A stretch of DNA of 22,736 nt from an uncultured archaeon. Its GTDB lineage: Archaea; Asgardarchaeota; Thorarchaeia; Thorarchaeales; Thorarchaeaceae. The stretch is taken from positions 1 through 22,736 of the forward strand of contig CAZYLT010000027.1 in the NCBI GenBank assembly GCA_964648855.1, read 5' to 3'. Below the pieces are notes generated by a model that was given only the letters and a program-made list of their open reading frames with translations, had not been told where the DNA came from and did not search any database. The position numbers and the translations under genes were made by a program. Below are positions 16,837 through 22,736 of this stretch, piece after piece; positions within the stretch are counted from its first letter, which is position 1, and each line of letters opens with the position of its first letter.

Positions 16837-18621
16837 TCAGTGTTCATCATCGACTAAGACTCCTCGAATCCTAACCAATCCCGCGCCAATGTTTTCTTGT
16901 TTCTTGATTCTGAAGCCACCAATTTCGCCAGTATGCTCAACATGCGGACCTCCACAAAGCTCCATGCTGAAATCATCCACCTTATACACAGAAACTTTGT
17001 CCCCATACTTTTCTTTGAAGAATGCTAGAGCTCCTTTTTCGATTGCTTTGTCATAGAGCATAACCTCTCGTTCAACCTTCATATCCTGGTCGATTGCCCA
17101 ATTGACCAAGTCTTCTACTTCCTTCAATTCCTCGTCTGTCAGCTTGCGGGGAAAGGTGAAATCGAACCGAGTCCGTTCCTTCGTAATATTGCTCCCACTC
17201 TGCTTGACTTTGGGGCCAAGCACCTTCCTCAGTGCTGCCTGTAATAAGTGTGTGGCAGTATGGAGTTTAGTAATGATTTCACTATGGTCCGCTAGGCCAC
17301 CTTTGAATTTGTCCTTTGTAGCACTGCGTGACTTCTCTCTATGCTCTTCAAATTGGCGATGAAACTCTTCCATGTCAATCTTGATACCATGTTCCCGGGC
17401 TATCTCTCGGGTCATCTCAGGAGGCAATCCAAAACTGGTGAAGAGCAAGAACGCATCCTCGCCTGTAATGGTTCCTGAGTTTTTGAGAATTCTGTTCAGT
17501 TTTCGCAGGGCTTTTCGCAGTGTTCTACGGAACTTCTTATCTTCTCGCTCCGCATGCTTCAGGATAAATTCTTTATTCCGCTCTAGTTCATCATAAGTTT
17601 CCTTGTAGATGTCGATAACTATCTCCGCCAATTTACCTATGAAGCCTTTGCCGATTCCTAATCTATCTGCACTATGAATTGCATTTCGCAAGAGCCTACG
17701 TACAATATATCCTCGCTCCACATTGGAGGGCGCAATCTTGCGGTCGTCTGCCATTATGAAGGTGGCAGAACGCACATGGTCTGCTACAGTCCTCACAAGC
17801 CTATCATCCGTTTCATCAATTTCTTCTCTATCTGCCATCTCTCGAATTTTCGCTACTATGGGCGAGAATAGGTCGGTTTCATAGACGGTAGCAACACCCT
17901 GAAGCATTGCGGTTGTTCTTTCCACTCCCATTCCAGTATCGATATTTTTCCGTTCTAGGAGATCGTAAGTACCATCTGCTTTCTTGTTGTATTGCATGAA
18001 GACGTCGTTCCATACCTCAACAAAATGACCACAGTTGCACCCAGGGGTACAATCTGGACCACATCGTGGGATGCAATCATTCTCTATGAACATCTCCGTA
18101 TCTGGCCCACATGGCCCTGTTGCTCCCGCTGGTCCCCACCAATTGTCTTTCTTAGGCATATAGAAAATCCGTTCTTCTGGAATTCCACATGCCTTCCAAG
18201 CCTTTGCCGATTCCTCGTCACGAGGAGCATCATCATCGCCTTCAAAGACAGTGACATACAGCGATTCAGGATCAAAGCCAAGCCATTCATCCGATGTGAG
18301 AAATTCGTAGCTCCATTTGATTGCTTCGTCCTTCCAATAGTCATCTAGGCTCCAATTACCCAGCATCTCAAAGAACGTTAGATGGGTTGTATCACCCACT
18401 TCATCAATATCAGTGGTGCGTACACACTTCTGAACACTCGCGAGTCGTTTTCCCATTGGATGGGATTGGCCCAGAAGATATGGCACTAGCGGGTGCATTC
18501 CAGCAGTTGTGAAGAGTACTGTGGGGTCGTTCTCAGGCACAAGTGATGCTGATGGAATAACTTCATGGTCCTTCTGTCTGAAGAATTCTAAGTACTTCTT
18601 CCGTAGTTTATCTGATTGCAT
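16837..18621 (-). CDS. alaS: Alanine--tRNA ligase, short form lacking C-Ala domain
   Basis: DPTVLFTTAGM, QKCVR, FFEMLGNWS, GPCGP and IDTGMGVER; editing motifs HTATH and ELCGGPH. GGGTGA RBS. Confidence 0.97.
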   Translation of the reverse strand: MQSDKLRKKYLEFFRQKDHEVIPSASLVPENDPTVLFTTAGMHPLVPYLLGQSHPMGKRLASVQKCVRTTDIDEVGDTTHLTFFEMLGNWSLDDYWKDEAIKWSYEFLTSDEWLGFDPESLYVTVFEGDDDAPRDEESAKAWKACGIPEERIFYMPKKDNWWGPAGATGPCGPDTEMFIENDCIPRCGPDCTPGCNCGHFVEVWNDVFMQYNKKADGTYDLLERKNIDTGMGVERTTAMLQGVATVYETDLFSPIVAKIREMADREEIDETDDRLVRTVADHVRSATFIMADDRKIAPSNVERGYIVRRLLRNAIHSADRLGIGKGFIGKLAEIVIDIYKETYDELERNKEFILKHAEREDKKFRRTLRKALRKLNRILKNSGTITGEDAFLLFTSFGLPPEMTREIAREHGIKIDMEEFHRQFEEHREKSRSATKDKFKGGLADHSEIITKLHTATHLLQAALRKVLGPKVKQSGSNITKERTRFDFTFPRKLTDEELKEVEDLVNWAIDQDMKVEREVMLYDKAIEKGALAFFKEKYGDKVSVYKVDDFSMELCGGPHVEHTGEIGGFRIKKQENIGAGLVRIRGVLVDDEH

Positions 18622-18753
18622 GATATTTCACCCAACCGCTAGTAGATTGTTAATCTTAGCTCAAAGAGACTGTGATTAAAACGCTTTTGATAGCGTTAAA
18701 TGTAAAGAGGAGGGACGTGCTCTCAGATTCTGAGAAAATCATTGTGTAGATGA

Positions 18754-19251
18754 TCAAAGAAGGATTAAGCCTGACGGAGTCATACGATACCTAATGAGTC
18801 GCGAGTCCAATTGGGGATATCGTTCACGCCAATCGAGAAACCGATCATTGCTGATGATATTTGCGTTCCTTTGTTTGGCAAGCTGGATGATGGTAAGGTC
18901 ATCATCAGTTCCACGAGGAGACTCAATTACAATCTTCCTATTCTTAAGCGATTGCAAAATGTCTGGTTGGTCTATCCTATACTTCAATGCAGCAGATACA
19001 ACAATGATGGGTCGATAACCAGTTGATTTCAGGCTTTGATACGCCCGCAAAAGATTGGATACCTGAGGAGTGCCATTGGTAGACATATAGAAAGCAATAT
19101 TGTTGCCATCTAAGACCAGCTTCCTTCTTGTAGATGGCTTCGGGACGGAATCTCTTTGGCTATTGCCTCTACGACATCGCTGTACATGTGCATCCAACTT
19201 ATCACGATTGAATAGCCTTCCACAACAAGGACAACGCGCTCTTTTTGGCAT
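18754..19251 (-). CDS. C2HC zinc finger + NYN/PIN ribonuclease (Zc3h12a/Regnase-like)
   Basis: N-terminal CPCCGRLF...LDAHVQRC. Catalytic motifs VLDGNNIA, TDDDLTII and IISNDRFLDW. Confidence 0.82.
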   Translation of the reverse strand: MPKRARCPCCGRLFNRDKLDAHVQRCRRGNSQRDSVPKPSTRRKLVLDGNNIAFYMSTNGTPQVSNLLRAYQSLKSTGYRPIIVVSAALKYRIDQPDILQSLKNRKIVIESPRGTDDDLTIIQLAKQRNANIISNDRFLDWRERYPQLDSRLIRYRMTPSGLILL

Positions 19252-19300
19252 ATTTGACCATTTATAACGTCAGAAGCCCTCTTTTTCATGTTTTTGTATT

Positions 19301-19314
19301 AAAATGCGCATTTT
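19301..19314. promoter_or_regulatory. Perfect 14-bp palindrome AAAATGCGCATTTT adjoining the putative TATA box of the NYN gene
   Basis: Seen directly. It overlaps the minus-strand TTTTAATA about 45 nt upstream of the NYN ATG. Confidence 0.4.
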
Positions 19315-19378
19315 TTCTCAAAACCATCTGATTTTGAAACATAAGGAAGTTTCAAAAGGAAAGTATACTATAATGTAT

Positions 19379-19473
19379 TGTCATACTGTTTACTAAATAG
19401 TATGATACGGCGTCCGATCTAGTTGTTTCCGTCCTCCCGGCGGTTTAGGCGGGCGCCACTTTTTGACCTTTTT
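19379..19473 (+). ncRNA. Candidate small structured RNA or leader: two stem-loops followed by T-tracts
   Basis: Hairpin 19379-19407, then a GC-rich stem-loop 19409-19457 whose non-Watson-Crick pairs are all G-U on the + strand, then TTTTT-GACC-TTTTT. Confidence 0.45.
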
Positions 19474-19576
19474 AGAAATTAATATACCAAGAACAACCAG
19501 TAAGATACGATATACCAAATCTTTGATATTGAGATGGTGATATCTCAGTATCTAGTTTCCATGATGAGGAATAAGA

Positions 19577-21223
19577 ATGAGTAATCAAATTAAGGCGAGA
19601 GCGCTAGAAAGAGTGGATTTGTCAGCAGTCAAAATGGTAACTGATAAGGAGGAAATCAGAGATACTTATGCACTCTATTTGGATGACGAGAGTCATTCAT
19701 TTGACGGCGACGCTGATAAGCTTGTTTTTCCTACCAATGAGGCGGAACTTGCAACTATCCTTAGGGACACCTATGAGAATGGGATTCCTGTGACAATTCA
19801 GGGTGGGAGAACTGGTCTCACTGGGGCGGCGGTTCCATTAGGCGGTATCGCACTCAATCTCGAAAAAATAAACAGATTGCTTTACTTGAAATGGAATCCC
19901 GAGGAAGAGCTCTATTCTGTTGCAGCTGAGGCAGGAGTCCTGCTAGAGGATTTAGTCAAGGTTGTTTCTGGCAAGAAAATGGATGAGTTGAGTGGGGAAA
20001 AAAAGAGCGCTTATGAGGAGGGCATAGAGAAGTTCATGCAAGAGGAGGGTGAGTATACGTTCCCAGTTGATCCGACTGAGATGAGCGCATGGATAGGGGG
20101 TATTACCGCCTGCAACGCATCGGGCGCCCGTACATTCAACTATGGAGCAGTGAGAAACTGGGTACATAGAATTAGGGTGGTACTACCTAATGGAGAACTA
20201 ATCGATATCAAACGCGGCGATGTGATTTCAGAAAATGGTGAATTTGAAATCATTCTATCTACTGGCAGCACAATTCTGATTCAAGTACCCACTTATGAAA
20301 TGCCAAATACGAAGAATGCAGCCGGCCTATTCGCCCGGCATGAGATGGATTTGATAGACTTGTTTGTCGGATCCGAAGGCATCTTGGGGGTAATCACCAT
20401 GGCTGAATTGGGTTTAGTGAAACTCCCCGAAGAAATCATGACTGTGATGGCATTTTTCCCTAGTGAAGAAGATGCCGTCAACTTTGTGTATGATATTCGA
20501 TCTCCGGATACGCCCGTAAAAATGAATTTCTTGGAATACTTTGGTCCGAACGCGTTAGACATGATTCGTGAGAAAGCAAGTGACTCAGGAATTACCGTCC
20601 CAGCCCTGTCTGAGGACACTAAAGCAATTGTGTTCTTTGAGTTCGAATATACAGAAGAGAATATGGAAGACCTCGTAATGGGATTGGAGATGGTTCTCAA
20701 CGAGCATAATTCCTCATCGGAGTCAAGTTGGGCGGGATTGGACCGCACCGAATTAGAAAAGATGAAGACAGTACGTCACTTCGTGCCTGAAACTGTCAAC
20801 GCACTCATTGCACAACGAAAAGCACAGTATCACAAGGTACACAAAATCGGTACAGACATGGCTGTTCCAGACCAAGCACTTCGGGAATATATCAAGTTCT
20901 ACCGAGAATTATTAGAAGAGCAGGGAATGGAGTATGTCATTTTCGGACATATAGGAGATAACCATCTGCATGTCAATATGCTCCCAAGGAATAATGAAGA
21001 AGTCGAACAAGGCATGGACAACTATATGACCTTTGCAAAACGGGCCGTGGAATTGGGAGGAACTGTTGCAGCCGAGCATGGGATTGGAAAATTGAAACGC
21101 AATTTCTTGAAAGTCATGTATGGAGATGAGGGCATTAAAGAGATACAAAAGGTTAAGCAAGCTATAGATCCTCAATGGTTACTTAATAGAGGGAATATGG
21201 TAGAGGTCCCTCCTGATAGATGA
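19577..21223 (+). CDS. FAD-binding oxidoreductase (GlcD/D-lactate dehydrogenase family)
   Basis: GGRTGLTGAAVP, FPVDP, NASGA, FVGSEGILGVI, FGHIGDNHLHVN and AEHGIGKLK. GAGGA RBS. Confidence 0.92.
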   Translation: MSNQIKARALERVDLSAVKMVTDKEEIRDTYALYLDDESHSFDGDADKLVFPTNEAELATILRDTYENGIPVTIQGGRTGLTGAAVPLGGIALNLEKINRLLYLKWNPEEELYSVAAEAGVLLEDLVKVVSGKKMDELSGEKKSAYEEGIEKFMQEEGEYTFPVDPTEMSAWIGGITACNASGARTFNYGAVRNWVHRIRVVLPNGELIDIKRGDVISENGEFEIILSTGSTILIQVPTYEMPNTKNAAGLFARHEMDLIDLFVGSEGILGVITMAELGLVKLPEEIMTVMAFFPSEEDAVNFVYDIRSPDTPVKMNFLEYFGPNALDMIREKASDSGITVPALSEDTKAIVFFEFEYTEENMEDLVMGLEMVLNEHNSSSESSWAGLDRTELEKMKTVRHFVPETVNALIAQRKAQYHKVHKIGTDMAVPDQALREYIKFYRELLEEQGMEYVIFGHIGDNHLHVNMLPRNNEEVEQGMDNYMTFAKRAVELGGTVAAEHGIGKLKRNFLKVMYGDEGIKEIQKVKQAIDPQWLLNRGNMVEVPPDR

Positions 21224-21228
21224 GATGT

Positions 21229-21507
21229 CTATGCCGATAGAACGGCTTTCTCCACACGCCTGATCTTCTTGCATAGATCAGGTTCCTCCTCACATAGTCT
21301 ATCCATGTCTCTGATACCAAGCTGACCCCAGAATTTATCCATAGCTGCTCTCTTTGAGCTATATTCCGATTTCTTACAGGCCTTGATACTGCTGGTGGCC
21401 TCTTGAATAAGACTCTTGATTGTCTGCTGATCGATTCTGATTCTCGCCCAGAAATCGCAGTTTTTTCCTCGACATGGCCCTTTTACCAGAACACAGTAAT
21501 TAGACAT
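21229..21507 (-). CDS. Hypothetical Cys-rich small protein (92 aa)
   Basis: MSNYCVLVKGPCRGKNCDFW... with GGAG upstream of ATG 21507. The track uses GTG 21534. Confidence 0.65.
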   Translation of the reverse strand: MSNYCVLVKGPCRGKNCDFWARIRIDQQTIKSLIQEATSSIKACKKSEYSSKRAAMDKFWGQLGIRDMDRLCEEEPDLCKKIRRVEKAVLSA

Positions 21508-21671
21508 TCTCCAATCAGCTCGATTAGCTGCCACTCTGTCATTATCTTAAGACTTGTTGTATCAACCGTAGAAAGCCAAGCCAGTCGGCATCTATATAAT
21601 CCTATATGTGCTTATATACCGAAAAGGTTGTTTGAGAGAAACTCTTTAGTGCGATTGATACAGAGATATGA

Positions 21672-21754
21672 GAGGTGGCAGCTCGCAGGGATCATCATGG
21701 TAACGCGTCTACCATTGTTACCACACCCAAAAGATGCCTTGCTGGCTCCACCTC
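21672..21754 (+). ncRNA. Candidate structured RNA: 83-nt long interrupted hairpin
   Basis: Nested stems GAGGTGG/CCACCTC, AGCT/GGCT, GCAGGG/CCTTGC, ATC/GAT and TGGTAAC/GTTACCA. Confidence 0.5.
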
Positions 21755-21850
21755 ATTGTAGCAAATTTTGCCCAAGACCAGAACCCTATACGTCATTACA
21801 AACATAGCCCAAACGTAATAAGAAAATGACGAGAAATCTGGTCGATAACA

Positions 21851-22027
21851 ATGTCAGATGAGGAAGTTCCTGAGGTACATCAAAATTCTGAAGTAGAATG
21901 TTATCAACAACCCAGCTGCTCGTTCTGTAGAAACATGGGGACGCAAAAAGGAAATCAAATGCTTTTCCTCGTGTGGGTGCTGATTCCAGTTCTCCTCTTG
22001 GTGTTGGTACTAGCTAGTCAATTTTGA
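21851..22027 (+). CDS. 58-aa tail-anchored membrane microprotein with CxxC (absent from ORF track)
   Basis: Manual translation MSDEEVPEVHQNSEVECYQQPSCSFCRNMGTQKGNQMLFLVWVLIPVLLLVLVLASQF*. Confidence 0.65.
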   Translation: MSDEEVPEVHQNSEVECYQQPSCSFCRNMGTQKGNQMLFLVWVLIPVLLLVLVLASQF

Positions 22028-22209
22028 GCTACATCCGGATTGCCAAAGTCAACTCACAATAGCTTCTAATCGCCAATTGAAATACGCCAATGTCAGATAT
22101 TTGTATAATGGCACATTTTCTGATGGCAATATGAGTGTAGGAGCACGGATTGCTGAAGACGAGAGCCTGAATGGAATTTGGGCTTCTTGCCAAATCAATT
22201 ATCTAGGAT

Positions 22210-22461
22210 TTACTTGCGTCCCTCTACACCATGAATACAGAACCAACCACCTTCGAGCTCGTATTTTTTGAATACGCCACATCCAAAGCAGTTGCATCCT
22301 TTGTCTTCTATCTTCTCAGCTGGTTTCTCAGAGGCCCCACGTGCACAAAACAGAGCATGCGGTTTTACTTTATTCAGTTCATTTGGCTTGAATGTCGGGC
22401 AGGGACCACAGAATTGCTTACAAATCTCCATGTTCTCCTCGGTATCAGGAACAGGTTTCAT
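22210..22461 (-). CDS. DUF2769-like Cys-rich protein
   Basis: VPDTEEN...C...CGPCPTF...LFCARG...GCNCFGCGV...Y.L...WFCIHG. AAGGAG RBS before ATG 22461. Confidence 0.8.
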   Translation of the reverse strand: MKPVPDTEENMEICKQFCGPCPTFKPNELNKVKPHALFCARGASEKPAEKIEDKGCNCFGCGVFKKYELEGGWFCIHGVEGRK

Positions 22462-22683
22462 GATATATTCTCCTTGACGTATATCTAGGGTACTCATAAT
22501 TGTTTAACTATCGTTATAAAACTTGCTAACAAATCTATAGTCTATGCCACCCGAATACTTTCAAGCCTAAATGGATACAAATTGTCAGAAAACAGCACGT
22601 TACAGATGACCGTTAGCAAAAATACAGAACTCTGAATTAGTAGCAGGATGGAGAACTGCATCTACAAGCGAATACTCCGGATT

Positions 22684-22736
22684 TCAATCAGAGCTCTTCG
22701 TGGCTGCCGCCATCTTGTCCGGATCGATAAGAACCT
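22684..22736 (-). CDS. Possible 3' end of a gene entering from the window edge
   Basis: An open frame reads ...VLIDPDKMAAATKSSD*. Too short to identify. Confidence 0.3.
   Translation of the reverse strand, partial: VLIDPDKMAAATKSSD

Noticed and set aside
19332-19357. CRISPR-repeat-like ends TTGAAAC / GTTTCAA
   Set aside because: A single inverted pair, with no array periodicity and no cas genes.
19400-19462. Fluoride (crcB) riboswitch-like string on the minus strand (GCCCGCCUAAACCGCC...GACGCC)
   Set aside because: It lacks the 5' GGCGAUG and the CUGAUG core, and no fluoride-related gene follows.
19409-19473. Y-RNA resemblance (GUCCGA at 19412-19417, UUGAC at 19463-19467, U tail)
   Set aside because: The flanking lower stem does not extend, the competing GGCGUCCG/CGGGCGCC helix is stronger, and no Ro60/TROVE gene is in the window. 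Only an Rfam or genome check could revive it.
21403-21807. 134-aa + strand ORF
   Set aside because: It overlaps the minus-strand gene and the promoter/hairpin region, and has no RBS or recognisable motifs.
352-22488. Remaining short ORFs antisense or out-of-frame within assigned genes (e.g. 352-717, 2388-2804, 16216-16581, 20293-20748, 22231-22488)
   Set aside because: They are nested in well-supported CDSs and have compositions typical of shadow frames.

Overview
An archaeal chromosomal window, densely coding and without mobile elements, CRISPR arrays, rRNA or tRNA. Archaeal GGTGA/GGAG ribosome-binding sites, TATA-like boxes, a Zfx-type ferredoxin, a DUF2769 protein and a 22-aa 'IDLSPL' LRR protein suggest an Asgard archaeon, possibly Thorarchaeia (inference, not confirmed). 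Metabolic and housekeeping genes: acyl-CoA synthetase (5'-partial), gamma-carbonic anhydrase-like protein, methyltransferase/PadR/CopD-like cluster, SDR, tocopherol-cyclase-family protein, flavin-disulfide reductase, PAS protein, ferredoxin, acyl-CoA dehydrogenase, nitroreductase, MBL hydrolase, HEXXH peptidase, PiT/DUF47, a short alaS and a GlcD-like FAD oxidoreductase. The main signals the ORF track does not explain are three. (i) A C2HC-zinc-finger/Regnase-type NYN ribonuclease gene is divergent from a 325-bp intergenic region holding five inverted repeats, one of them a candidate terminated small RNA. (ii) Two further intergenic structured-RNA candidates lie at about 13.25 kb and 21.7 kb. 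(iii) Two microproteins fall below the ORF cut-off: a tandem desulforedoxin-like Cys/His protein and a CxxC tail-anchored membrane protein. All family assignments come from motif recognition by eye, not database searches.
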